Below, in pieces: positions 1-13,800 of a stretch of DNA of 64,000 bases. Every line of letters begins with the position of its first letter. Within the stretch, counting starts at the first letter, position 1. The DNA comes from Balanoglossus misakiensis (Eukaryota > Animalia > Hemichordata), in assembly GCA_040954595.2 (NCBI GenBank), contig CM082584.2:8203919-8267918 (forward strand). The letters run 5' to 3'. A program made the position numbers and the translations under genes. The notes beneath the pieces are model-generated. The model saw nothing but the letters and a program-made list of their open reading frames with translations. It ran no database searches and had not been told where the DNA came from.

Positions 1-49
1 ACCATGGCGGTGGACGGGTTATAAATATTGCTCAGCGACTGACACTCAC

Positions 50-3000
50 CGTCGGCACCATAACACATCAGGGGTTCAACATCTGCCGGGGTCACGGGGC
101 CTGGTCTGTCCCGCGCCGCCACGTTGAACGCCTGGACCCGACACTGGGCTCGGACGTCCCCACCTCCCTCAGACGCCTCGCAGTCAATCCCCACTTTCGC
201 CTCTGTCTCCTTGGAGACCACGCTGTTGTTATAACCTCCTGCCGTGCACAGCACCAGGTACTGCAAACTCTCCAGTGGTCCGTTTGGTCTGAAACGCAAA
301 CCAGTCAACAGCATGGGGTCAGTAGGATTTTATTTTGCTCATGTCAAAATCAGTGCATAAATCTGTTACAATTTTATCTAACTTTACCTCCTGTACTTGA
401 ATAGTGGTTGGAAAATGTTCAACATAGACCAGTTGGCAGGTCCAATATTTCTTGTTTTCTCAGTAAACTGTACAGTCTTGTAATATAGCTACCATTCATC
501 TGTTAGCTTACCTGTGAGGTTGCTCCCAGTTGACAATGACTGCAGATTCACTGCTTGCTTTGATTTTCACATCCAACGGGGCACTGGGTGCTGGATCAAA
601 ACAACAAGTATGTAGTCACATGAGACAAGTGGCAAAATCAGGATTCACCATTGTTTACACATCAGTGCAAGATCAAAGGTTTCTTGGGCGAGACTGCTCT
701 GTGGAAATCCACAGAGGGGCAATTTACTTGACAAATACACAGAAGTATTATGAACTTACAGCCAATCTTGGTGGTACCGTACACGGGCTCGGACCCAGGG
801 CCGCACGGATCCGCCACGAGGGCGTCGCTGCAGGCCCTGACGACAACCACGTACGTCTCATAGCCGCACAGACCGACCACCTGCATTTCCAGGCTGCTGG
901 TCTCCGCGCGGACAGAGTCGCAGTACTCCGTGTTATTCCGCGGCACTGCCTCCACACGGAACGACGCGACCACGACGCCGTCCGGTGTCTGTGGGTACGT
1001 CCAGCTGACGGTCATCTCAGAATCAGTGACGGAAGACGGTGAAATGTTCACGTCTTTTGGAGCCTCAGAAGGGGCTGTGGAGCAAATGAGATTATTATCA
1101 GACTAGATTAGCACAGGGACACAAACAATGTTCTTCCGTGGTGTGGATCATGCACAAAGTCTCAGTTCGGGTCCGCTTTCAGTGGAGATGAACAAATTTT
1201 TACCAAAATCAAACAAAAGTGGATAAAAACTCCACTGACCTCCAATACTTGTTTTCTGCAGAACAAACTCAGTGGCCGGTCCTTCCCCGGCCGTGGTCAG
1301 CGCTGACACCGACGCCGCATAACCTGTGTTGGCTTTCAGACCGGTGATTTCGTAATCCATCGGGTCTGTTCTACTCGCCAGTGACTCCGGATCGGGCAGT
1401 GTGTAGTTGACAGTCATGGAGTCAGCTCCTGATTTAATGGAGCAGAACAAATATTTCTCATCTTTGATAAAAGCAGCATCACATTTTAATACACCAACAC
1501 TAAAATCTAAACTGTTGTTGGAATTTCAGAACTTTCCGAGATTCTCTGGTGATTTTGTTTTAGAAATCGTCTAATTGTTACGCATTTATTTGACTTATTT
1601 TTGTTATAGAAAAATGTGCAGAACATCTCGTCAGCCTTTAATGAGAGATATCCTACAATGATTTTTTTCCAACCCTATACTGCAATTTCATACAGTTTAT
1701 GGTTTAGCGTTTACTAAAGATATCAACTCACCCTGACAGACAATCAGCGAGTCATTTGTGGCTTCACTCAACTGTACAGGACAAACCGTCAGCTTGTACA
1801 CACGGATGATACCATTCCGGGATTCCAAACAGGGGGGTTTCCAATTTGCTGCAAGTACGGTGGGCTGCGTTGGAACAGCTTCTAGAGTTAAGTTGCTAGG
1901 TGGATCCGATGGTGCTTATGGGTAAAAAAAAGCGTAAAATGTTTGATTATTTTCATGATTCAAAGTACGTATTTGTTCTCTGGAAGTGTATCAGAATACT
2001 GAACAGTCTCTTAACCACCCCCCCCCCCCCCCCCCCCAGTTCACTCTTTAGAGGTCAAACCTCACCACAGAAAATAATGGGTTTGGACCGAACCATGGTG
2101 ATGGTAGGGTTAAGGTAGTAAGCACCTTGAGAGTCTTACACTGTTTCAAACATTTAACACTCATGGCAACTTATAAGAAAGTAGAGGTCACCATGCAATA
2201 TTTTATATGTGACAGCTTAATTTAGCATGTGAGAGCTTACAAAATCCTTATAAAAAAGACTTACCCCCTTCCAGTGTGTAGATTATCTTTCTGTCGGAAA
2301 AATACCCATATCCCAACTCATTCCTGGCTTGGACACGGAACACATACTGCACATACGCCTGAAGATCGCCGACAGTGTAACTATGGACGCTGCCTTCAAC
2401 AGTAATTGTTTTCCTACAAAATATCCAAAAATTGTGTTAAAATTGTCCTTGAAGTTTGATTAAAATTTAAAAGAATTCCAGTGGGAGGGCTATACATGTA
2501 AGAAGCTGTAGTTTGCACGATGAACTCCATGCCTGAAATGTTGATAGAGTTGGCCTATCACGCTTGTAAAAAATAATAAATAAAACGTACACATATCAGC
2601 TCTTGCCGCAACTCACCATTTTGAATTTCCCGCAACACTCATGTAGGACAGCACATAATTGATTATCTCGCCGTTAGGATCATCAGGTGGTTGCCATGCA
2701 ACAAAGATACTGTCATCTGAGACAGCATGAATGCTGGTGATCTCTGGGTGACCGGGTACTGTGGAGAGAAGAAGTGACAAACAATTTCTGATAGAGTATT
2801 AGCTACTAATAATTTGCACAACAATACAACAAAGTGTTATGATAATATTCACCCAAAATTAAAGGGTATCAGCTGATACTTTTTATATGTTCTGGGGAGA
2901 ACACTTCAATATGTCTACAACTAGATGGAATTCAGTTGGAATTCTGCACAAACTATTAACTGTCATTCAGCTTACCTGATGTTCCATCTGCCACCCGTAT

Positions 3001-6000
3001 ATACACTTGGGGAGATTTTTCAGCTGAATTATACGCCCACACAGAAATCTCATATGACGAATACACTTGGAGGTCTGTCATAACGTACAAAAGAAAAATA
3101 AGACTGAGTAATGTGTGTGTATAATTATACATAAAGTTGCTAACATTTGACATAATTTTGTTAACCCTTTTACCCCCTGAGTTCTGATAGAAAACAATGG
3201 GGGATAGACAGAACTAAGGTGGTGAAAGGGTTAATACTCTATGTTAATACTCATTTGCACATTTTGAATTTGCAATCACATTTTACCCTGTATCATGTAC
3301 TCTGTTGCGTTGCCATCTTGGATGTTAATCTTCAACGATTTGGAAGGATCATCTTCGTTATAGACTTCCATGTCATATCCAATGATGATCCCATTTCTTT
3401 GTCGTCTTGGAGGCAGCTACAAAATGACAAAAAGAGATTACTAAAAAATAAATAAGTTTGAGTTGCTCAGTCTCAGTACGCCACCATCCTCCAATCACAG
3501 CAGAGAAATTTAGCAAACAACCAATCCCGAACACTCTTACAAATGCACTACACTAGACCTACCTGCCATCCAATGGTGACATTCCTTAAGAGGCCTCTCG
3601 TGGTCTGATCAGATATATGTAGTTCCACACCGGCCGAAGGTGCTGTGGAAATTAAGGGAAGTGCATTAACCCTGCTGACTAATTGACTGGTTTACATTGT
3701 ATTTAACATGGGATGCAAAGGATTGCAAGGCATGTATAGGCTTCGAGTATCCCGTAACACAGCACATTTTGTCAAATGCAAGCATGTTTACAAATGGATG
3801 GATGAAGATATTCACAAGACAAAACCAAGGTGCTACCAGAGGTGTGTTACCAGATACAATATTTCAATGACCTGTCTTGTGAACCCTTCATCAAGCAAAA
3901 CAGGCTTTTTGCCCCCATACCTTCCTCACTGGTACATCCTACACCGGGAACGGACCACTCACTCCAGTACGGTCCATAACTTTCACTCTGCTCAGGATGT
4001 ACAGCGGCGCGAACGGTGTAACACGAATACGGTTCCAAATTGGCCAGGTCCCAAAACACTTGTGTCCCGGCGTCAAGTTCCTTAACAATGTCAGAAAAAA
4101 GGCACAATCCAATTTCAGTACTTTGGGGTCATGTAAGCAGGCATATGCTCAGGAAGAAGGATAGAAAACTGTTTTTGGTACAAAAAATAACAGCAATAAT
4201 TACAGCACTAGTTTCCCCAGCTTGACTTGAGTGCTGGCCACTCATTAATATTCATGCTCATCAATATTCATACCACCGCCGACCAGAGAACCCTGGTCTT
4301 GCAAGTAAGCCTCACCTGAGACCAATTCCCTGGGTCCCATTCACTATAATACTGCAATTTTGAACGTAGTTTATAGATATTTGGATGTTCCCATTTGGAG
4401 GGTGCATTCCACCTCACAGTGGCTGTGCGACTGGATGACGGTGTGAACTGCACCCGTTCAGGTGGATCCGGCACGGCTGAATATAAAGGGAAAAGACATG
4501 CGTGTTACGAAAGTTACATCCAAACTACATGCAATCAACCTGCAACCTATACAAGACCTGCAAGATATAGCATGGCTGGGCAGTGTACGTGTGAGGACAT
4601 TCTCATACAAAGCCTGACTTGTATTTACCGGCTAACAACCCATTGCTATCATGGTAATTAAGTAAGTCTAACGAGATCTTGCAACGGGCAGAAAATCATC
4701 AACTGACAGAATCTATTAAGTCACAAAAAATGTCATAAACACAGAATCATCTGATCATTGTGTGTATTACACTCACATTCTGTATCAGGGTCAAGGGTCA
4801 GAGATTCCTCTGCGGTTCCCAGAAGATTTGTGGCGACAAGTTGCATGATGTGGTCACCGCCTAAAACGTTGTATTTATCAAAATAGCACGAGTTTGGTCC
4901 TTTGAATGTTACATCTGGGCAATCTGTAAAACGGTTTTCATGGCTGCAAACAGTAATATATATATTGTAGTGTTAGTTTCTTTCTACAAATTGTCTTATC
5001 AAGGACAATGAATGTCTCTCTGGGACCAGAGTTTGAATCAACTCTTCTTTTAACCCTTTCGCTGCCATGGTTTGGTCCAACTCCATTGTTTCCATAGCGA
5101 TGCTGGACCTTTGGGGTCATGGCAGGGGCCTGGTGGGTAGCATGTCTTGCACTAAGCGTTACCACCTAATGAACACATATATAGATGTACTCACCTGATT
5201 TTATATTTAAAGACATAGTCTGTAGGTATGTTGGTGTCCACAGGATCCCAGGTGCACCACATCTCATTCATGTTCCAAGCTTGGCAGGTGAAGTTTGCAA
5301 TCACTGGCTCAGCTGTCCATGTAAATAAACAAGAGACCATAATGAGGTTCAGACTGGACAGTTTACGGTGGTGTAGCACCGGTCCTGGGCTGGTGTAAAA
5401 TAACCAATGTGAACACGCTAAGTCGGCCTATAAGTGGCAGCTTAGTTTAGTCCTGGGGAGGGGGGTTCATAGGGAGTATAAACACATTTAAACAAAAATA
5501 GTGGAAATATGAAGCCAAAAGTTACAGCTAATGCCCCGTTTTACGAACAAACACTTACTTCCAACATGAATTTCAGCCGTTGCCATGGCACTGTCATTGA
5601 GGATGCACGTATAATTTCCAGCATCAGCGAAAGTGACATTGGGCAACACTAGTTCCGACAGTGTATCCGATATCGCCGAGAACATTTCCTCGGGAATGAC
5701 TTGGCTGTTGTGGTACCACTGGATGTCTTGGGCAGTGTACGGATATGGTGAGTTGTCCGCATACTGGATCTCACATTCTACAGTTACTGTGGCGTCGTCA
5801 TGGACGACACGGGACAACGGCGCTGTGAAATAACAAATAAAAGAAAAACTTTTTAAATGTTTTTGAAAATGTTTTAAATCAGACCCCTGAAATAACCTAG
5901 TTTTATAGTATATTAGGGTCACATTTAGTACATGGATACTATATTTTTTTTAGTTTTTGTTCTCCATATCAAGTTTTGACAACAATATGCAGTTTTATTG

Positions 6001-6390
6001 ATCGAAAGGGCCATAAATATTAAAGGACACTAAAAGACTGTCCACTAAAATCTGTCTGGCAGAGATAATCTAACAAAAATTTCCATAAATTAATTGACAT
6101 TCAAGAGGCAACATGCAAGGAATGTATGCATTGAGAAAAAGTTCACACAGATTAATTGGTATATAATGTAAGCCTGCAATGGAAAATATGAGAGAAAAAT
6201 TAAGATTTTCCAGAATGATGGGTAAATTAATATGATTTGAAATATGGTGAGCAACTTACATTATAAGGGAAAAAAATTACATATTGAGTGACCTACCAAT
6301 TTGTAATATTTGACAATCTACCAGTGCAGACCAAAGTGCTGAGACCATCAGCACACGAAGAAGCCCTGGATACAATGCCATGATTGTCAT
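50..6390 (-). CDS. Gene A: gp130/Domeless-like class I cytokine receptor (signal-Ig-CHR-5xFN3), 3' end (TM and tail) lies outside the window
   Basis: Phase-compatible GT-AG exons: 6390-6297 (signal MTIMALYPGLLRVLMVSALWSALVDC), 5822-5559 (Ig, C..W..DAGNYTC), 5312-5195 and 4943-4777 (CHR D1, four Cys, FTCQAWNMNEMWCTWD), 4476-4316 and 4080-3921 (CHR D2, YWSEWS at 3952-3966). FN3 exons follow at 3642-3563, 3416-3287, 3074-2976, 2758-2617, 2413-2265, 1914-1732, 1428-1240, 1074-760, 590-512 and 288-50. The CHR has the 1-2-1-0-1 intron phase pattern. A probable 5' UTR exon ends at the donor at 7007. Confidence 0.9.
2011..2113. mobile_element. piggyBac-like MITE copy (TTAA-flanked), degenerate left end
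   Basis: ttaacc...gggttaa. The internal sequence is similar to the reverse complement of the 42320-42412 element. Confidence 0.6.
3161..3234. mobile_element. piggyBac-like MITE (TTAA target duplication, CCCTTT ends)
   Basis: ttaacccttttacc ... ggtgaaagggttaa inverted ends. Shares the atagaaaacaatggg core with the other copies. Confidence 0.7.
5050..5107. mobile_element. Truncated copy of the same piggyBac-like MITE
   Basis: ttaaccctttc..ccatggtttggtccaactccattgtttccata aligns with the start of 42320-42412. Confidence 0.55.
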
Positions 6391-7764
6391 CAGTCCGTGG
6401 ACACAGTTGCTATGGTTACTGCACTACATACATGCAGAGTATATAGGCCTACATTGACACAGTGGTTAAATATTTGCAGAAATGTCTACATCAAGGATGT
6501 TGTGTGCACATCTGAATTTGATGCAACGATGGCCGAGCAACCGGCTAATTGATAAACCTATAATAAAAGAGAGAGAGAATTCCTGGGTAATAGTACGTGC
6601 GATACGAAGGGGTAGTTGACGTGACGTACACAAGTTTGGGTACGTGCGTTGGAACTCAGGTGACGTCACCGGTGTGCAATATATCTGTAAACATGTAAAC
6701 AAAAACATGATGCCAGATTGCAACAGCAAAGTACGACATCGGGCCTGATATCAACACCACACACATTTGTGCCGTACGTGGCCTTCCCAAATTGTTGATC
6801 CGATCATTGATCATCGCCCGTACATCATGATATGTACACAGTACACGACGGGTCGCCGCTGTACATAACGTGCAACCTACACAGGCCTCGAAGAAACTCG
6901 ATCGGTCGGACCACGGTGTGATCGGACGATGCATGTACACGTCCTTCTCGAAATCGGCTGAATTTTAATTCTAAAGGAGTAACGCCACAATGAAATGCTT
7001 GCCTACCTTGTCTCAAATGCGATGTATGATCACGTCATTTCGTTTAATAGGAATCGTGTCACTGAGAGTTTTGTGGTCTGACAACTTCCGTCTCCCAAAC
7101 GTACACAACAAACCGGATTTGTGAACGCGTGATTTGCATGTAGGCCAACAGCATTCAAGAAGAGGTCACAGACTACAGGCTCAAGTTGTTGACTGCTTTG
7201 ATCGCAGCTTTCGTTTCAAAATCGCCCTTCCTCAAACTTATACATGCTCCGGACAGTTCGTGTTATACGCCAACATGGACGCAATAACAACCAGTGACGT
7301 AGGCAAACTTTCCAGGAATTGGTGAATAAATTAACTGTTCGTGCGTTCTATCCTCCACTGTAGATTGCAATTTCAGCAGTTTCTAAGTTTACTCAGCCCC
7401 CTCGGGGGTCTCTGTATAGACTAAAGAGTATGAACGACCGTCCATGCATAGACCAATCGCTTTGTCCTTTTGTTCATCAATGACCACATTAAAATTAACT
7501 GGTAAACAGGTTTTTTTTTTCGCGTGCGCCGTGCGTAATCATATGCCCCTATATGTAGTTCTATAATTTCAAATTTTCATTGGTTAAATTTCAATGGGTG
7601 AGGTTCATCGAAAATTGCGCAAAGTAAGCATATACGGCATTATATATAAACGGTAAAACTCGGTGGGGTTTTTAGAGCGCATAATATGGTTTTGGCATAA
7701 AGGCATATTACGAGTCTTCAAAATTTAAATGGGTAAACTTGGATAAGGAGATTTATCGTTAAGA

Positions 7765-7822
7765 ATATGCTAAAAGTGGCAGTCCATCAGGGCATATGCT
7801 AAAAGTGGCAGTCCATCAGGGC
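7765..7822. repeat. 29 bp perfect tandem duplication
   Basis: atatgctaaaagtggcagtccatcagggc occurs twice in tandem. Confidence 0.9.
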
Positions 7823-10800
7823 TGCAATTAAACTAGTTTGTCTTGCCGTGCACACGAAAAAAAGTAGCGTATCGTCACAGTCTGTCGAAGAAGAAATTCT
7901 TCCAATGGTTATATTTTTGAGAACGTCACGAATCAATGAGTGATTGATTGAACGTTTGCAATTGACAAACAAAAAGATCACAAATAAAAACATGTAGTTT
8001 TTTCTGTGTATCTCTTGTCAAAGATATTGCGAAGTACTTCATATAGGCCTACTGAATGTTATTCTCGTGTGTTGGCATTTTCTTTCACGGTGGTTTTAAT
8101 TCAAAGTAACTCAATCGCCGTGTGGAATGCACAATACATGTACTGACATTGTTGTATTAATTCATGGGAAAGAACTAGTCTGTGACTCATATTTTAATTA
8201 ATAATACAGGAAAAACATGCATTGTGATATCCAATATAGACGAAACGTTTCATTATAAGGAAAAAGCAGATCTATCGTTATTCTGTCTCGTATTTCAGTA
8301 CTGGTAAAGTTCCGAAAACACACAGGTATTGATAATCTTGAAAGCTCATGTTGCTCTAACTTCAGTCTTCAGTCATAATTTGTCGACAGCCTGTGAGTTT
8401 TGGTTTTCCTTTTTATCGGAAAATTACGTGTCTAGGTTTGCGTATTATATACCCTGTACAGGATGTATTTAAATTACTTCTACCTGTTGACAATTATTTA
8501 CTTTGTAGAAATCATCAGTGAAGAAACAACCCTATATTTTCTTTGCCCTGTGTGTGCTTTTTGGTAGATCAAGGGAACAGTAAGAGTTCCAATGAATATT
8601 TTATGCCTGTTTCATTTTTGTATAAACTTATTTAGGCACGTTTTCGATTAAATTATCCACAAATTTAGATTCTTTTTTTTCGCCTGTGCGTGCACAGGTG
8701 TAGCCTGAGCAAGACAAGAGTGCTGTACTCGAGTGTTTCAAACGGCGATAAAACTTTCCTTGCATAAACCATGCCAAAATTGCCATCACACATCGAAAAA
8801 GTTGTTGCTTCTCTACATCTGTACATCTTGGCTACAGCTTCATATCAGAGAAACCTGCAGACGGAGGGCCTAGGCCTACATCAGATAGCTGCCAGATATA
8901 GTCTAGCTGCGGAATACGCCGCAATCAGTGTTTTTTTGTCATCACCGTAATGCATGTATGCCTTATCCTGAGCAAGTTACATAATTCAACACTTCGAATT
9001 TTAAATTTGGCGTTTTCGGGGAATGATGGCATGCACTTCCGTTCTTCCGAGAAGTCACTGAGGGGGCGGTGTACTCCTCGGTCGATTGCCAGCTTCGATT
9101 TACCATGCATTTGCAGCGAAATCCAATATTGGAAAAGATGGTTTGCAAAACTTTTAGCTTTTAAACTTAAATCGGTCCAAAACTGTGTTCATCAAATGTC
9201 CATAACACTCATCTGGAACTATTAAAGTTGTCTAACAATTGCTTTGAATCTGACAGGTAATTAAGCGTACGTCGCCCAGCGTCGATCAAGCGATACCCAT
9301 GCAAATCGTGCGCCATATAAGGAGAAGACAGGCCACCCCAAGGTCACTTATATCCTGAAGTGGATTGTAGAAGTATACTGCTGTACTGGTCACCAGACTT
9401 TTTTATGCCAAGCACGTCACCGAGAACTCAGCCTCGCCTCCCATGACAGAAAATGAAAGAGTAAACGTACTGAATCTTGGACAGAAATCATGTTTGCCGA
9501 TGGTGGTAAGTACACCACATTTGGTCCTGACTTCGTCAACAGCGCGCAGCACTGGTCCGGGGCAACGTACCATCGATATCGGTGGGTCGACGCCTATGTA
9601 GAGCAGCGCTTAGCATTTGCTTGCGGCAAACTGTTCCGCCTTTAGTTGCGGCTAAAGTTTAAGAGTTCATTATAATGAGAGGTGTTTTGAGAAACACGGC
9701 CATGACTTCTTTTAATGGTTTTCGCCAATACACCGCACTGGCCTTGCTCTTTTTGAGTGAGCGAGGGTCGAGGACCATGTACGATACTTGGTGTATGTTT
9801 CCCAGTAGCGTCGAAGCCTACGTGTTCCTGTTGATGTTTACGTACCAAGCAAGATTCATGAGATTTCGTCATAGCTCGTGATGCTTCTGGTGTGCCCATT
9901 CAATTCTCCATTGACGGGGTGGTCCTAGTATGACTGAATCGCTGGTTCAGGCGTCAGGATTTCGTTTCAATTCACACGACAAATCACAAGTCGGTGCCGC
10001 GAAATGCGTTCTGCTGCAACAGTGTCCATGTACATTTCACGTACGCGTCGTCTGCTACACCGCGCGCACTCCACTGCATATGGACGCGTACGCGTAGCTA
10101 CCGAATTACAACGGGACGCGCACCCAGTTCCAGTGTTATTTCGGTGAAATGAAGTTTATTATAGGAGAACGTTTGTTTAAGAAGGTACCTTGTTATAAGC
10201 AAGTGTTTTTGGTGTAACTATTGATCATTTGTCGAGTTGTGTGCTGGTCGATATTATACGACGAGTATGTGTCGGGACGCGTACGCGTGCGCGCGTGGTG
10301 GAGGCGGAGGAAGTACAGCCAAAGCCGCGGCGCGCGTCGACAGACTTGCCGTACTGTGCTTCGAGAGCCATTGATTCGCACCTTGAAATCCGTACTCTCT
10401 GTCAGACATGGTGTTGGTTAAAAGTTGACTTCCCCTGAAACTGAAAGTATGACTATATTCTCTGAAAATGGAAGTTTTATTTTCCAAAAGAATGCTGACA
10501 ATGGTACCATTGTCAGTTTACTTTTCTGAGAAAATCAGTCATTTCCAGACGGTGCAAATTGTATTGAGCTTTTTACATGGATTTTTTCTTCTTTGAAATA
10601 AATTGATTAATTTCAGTTCATGTGTGTAGTTTTTTTCCACTGGACACCATTTTGGACCACTCAAAATTTAGAATATTGTCATTTTCTTTATTTTTATCTT
10701 TTGTATATCAATGAGTTTTAAAAACAGAAAACAGGTAGGGTGTTCCCATGCTAATTTCCACTCTGTGAAATTTCATATTCTTTTTTTAATGCTGAGTCAG

Positions 10801-13800
10801 CACTTTTCTCACACTCCCAATGCTTAAGTTTTCCTATAGTGAAAAAATCAGAAGAGCTCTACCAAGAAAAGTACAGTGACATAGTGTTTTCTTTATATCA
10901 AAATTTCCCAAGAAAATGACTAGACTGTGACATTATAAGTAGCTGGTTTGACACAATTCACCATGAGTCACTGACAGCCTTTGTTTTTGTGACCTCAGGT
11001 GAGAACTTTGAATGGCCATGCTGTCACCCATTGACGCATATCTGCACACACATACCTGAATAGTCAGGCAGTATCCAGCAACAGCCATAAACAAATGGTA
11101 TTTGCGATCAATATGTTTGTAAATTTGAGTTGGCAGATTACGAGTTCCGCATCAGACAGCTCCTCCGTGTGTACAGTTCTGTTTGTCACTGGAAAATGGA
11201 ATGACGACTTGTAGTATACATACTGTATGTCTGATTGTGTTATACATTTATGTCATTTTTTAAAGGAAAATGTGTTTTCATTCTCTGCCTTAAATAACCT
11301 GCAGGGCTTGATAACCAAGCACTTCAAGTGTAAGTGTAATTTGTACAGGGTCAGGAACTTCAATAAACCTCAAGTATAATTGTTCACCTGGGGGAATTTA
11401 CAGAATGTCAAGAAAATACTGGCTTGCAAATGAGTTCAATAATGTCAGTGAATTTTTATGCTTGGTGACACATATGTGTTTTTGTTTTGGATGTGGTATT
11501 TTTCTTGTCAGTGTTTTATGAAGATTCTGTGGAATTGACGCATGTCAGGGTCAGCTTTCTTTGTACGGAAATGTGACCTGTTGACAGACACCACCAATAC
11601 ATGTTGTTATGTTAATTGCTAGTAATAACACATGGAAACTGAACTGAACGGGTCATCTCTTGTGTGTTAGACACCACTGCAGAACCTGTATTACCACAAC
11701 ATACCAGTGCAAAAATATCTTTGTCTAGATCTAAAACCTACGCACATTCAGTATATATACATTATACTTTGAGAGCTTTTATTTATGTACCTCTCTTGCA
11801 GAGTTTGACAAGTTTTTATATGTGTACAGGAAATGAAAGAACATATACATATGTAGAACCACTTAAACACAGGTTTGCCAAAAAGTGATCTCACAAAGTA
11901 ATTCTCTCAATCCTTAGTACACGTGTTGGAAAGTTTGAGGTGGTGTATAAATAAGCAGGGGATAAAAAAAATAGGCAATCATGAACTGGTTATCATGGAA
12001 TTCCAATGGATAAATTATTTGAGGTAATTTGACTGGCTGTGTCGTTCGTGGGTTTCCTTACCACTAACCGATCACAGTGGCAAGACGGTAGCTGCGTATA
12101 TAACCTCTGTTGATTTGTGTGACTTATGTGCCTCTGCAGTATCGCCTTTTACAGGATCCTGCATCCCTTTCAAAGTAGGTTGGATTATGTTGTAAATAAC
12201 ACGTAACCAAGGATGCACACGTACGTGTACATAAATAGGGGTTGTTACAAAGTACACTTGTGCAAGACTATGTCACAGAGTCTTAAGTGCCATGGTATGC
12301 TATATATATTTAAGGCGAGGAAACTTAAGGAGGGAATTTTTTTATGTTTGACAGATATCCTCAGTAACACCACGTATTGCTAAATGTACCATTACTTACT
12401 TTCTCGAAATACAACTGGAACAGTAAGCGAAATACTTGGTGACTGAGGTATTGGCATATAATAGTTATAGCGTATGGTATATTGCATACTTAGTTATGTG
12501 AACCTGCAAGTCATTGACCCCAAGTTTGTCTGACTGTATGCAGACATGATAAATTTTATTCAATGAAAGTAAAATGAAGTGTAAAATTACCATTCTTTTG
12601 ACAATTATTGTCACCCCATTTAATTTTATCACAATTCCAGCCTAATGAGTCATCTAAGACCTATGTTGATCAAATATAGATACAGCAGTTAAGTTTGCAT
12701 TTATGACTAATTAGGGACAGCTGTGGTCATCAAAAAAGGCTTATCTTTCATTTTAATCCTTGTCATTTTCCTTATGTATACATACCTGAGAGCTCTCGGT
12801 CCCATTTAACAGAATCTGTCCATTATTTTCATCTTTTGATGATCAGAAATTTGATCAGTTTTTATTGACATTTTTTTTACCTTTGACGACCAAACATATG
12901 GGAGATTACAAAGAGTTGACTCTGCAATTGATGGGTAACTTTGGGGAGATGGCAACAGAATATTGTTGTGTCCATTCTGTGGTGTGTGTGCATTGTTCTA
13001 ATCATAGCAGCTTTATAATTCATCACGACTGTCCAAGCACCTGACATATGCTGGTAGAATATGCATTGTATTCATATAGGGATACAACAGTTGTGACACA
13101 GATCTGTCCAGTATATTATTTTCGATATTCAGACTTGTGCATATATCATTGACACAGTCACATACTACATATCTCATTCCGGGCTCCTTTTTACAAGTAT
13201 TGAAATAGCCAATTTGGAAATTTGGTACTTTTAAAGTGGTGCCTCTTTCAATGATATCCCAATAAGAAACACATCTTGGTGATAAACGGTGACTGACCAT
13301 CAAACCCTGTCTTTTCAAAATTATGTGGACATGTCTATATGGTTCTGTTGCTATATATGTACAGCACCCAAATTGTCAGCCTCTTTTGACAAATTCATAT
13401 GAATGTGAATTGACTCCACATTCCAGAAATAAAAATATGTACCTGCTAAACTCGGTAAATGAGGGGGTGGGTTGTAACCGCTCTAATGATGTTTTGTTAC
13501 AAGGAAAGAACAACATGATTCAAATTAAAGCAATATCCATAATTCAGTGTAATCTTAATTACTACCTGTTAAAAAATGTTGTAGTCCTTATGTCTGGTTC
13601 CTTCACTGCTTCAGTTATTATTTAAAGTACATGTATACTGTACTAGTAAAGGACAGTTTCATAGCACTTAACGGATTGGTTTTAAAAGGATAGCCCATAT
13701 TACTTTGAATCCCAAATTGGGTTTCTATACTGTATCCCTCAAGATTTGCCCTCATGTCAGATACCGGGTACATGTACATGTATGTCATTGCTCGAAGGTT

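Noticed and set aside
4777-4923. Alternative acceptor (tttacag) at 4923 suggesting a frameshift in gene A
   Set aside because: The acceptor at 4943 restores the frame (HENRFTDCPD), so gene A is not a pseudogene here.
50-6390. Gene A as a receptor phosphatase, Dscam or sidekick-type FN3 protein
   Set aside because: The four-Cys domain, WSEWS and 1-2-1-0-1 phases identify a class I cytokine receptor module.
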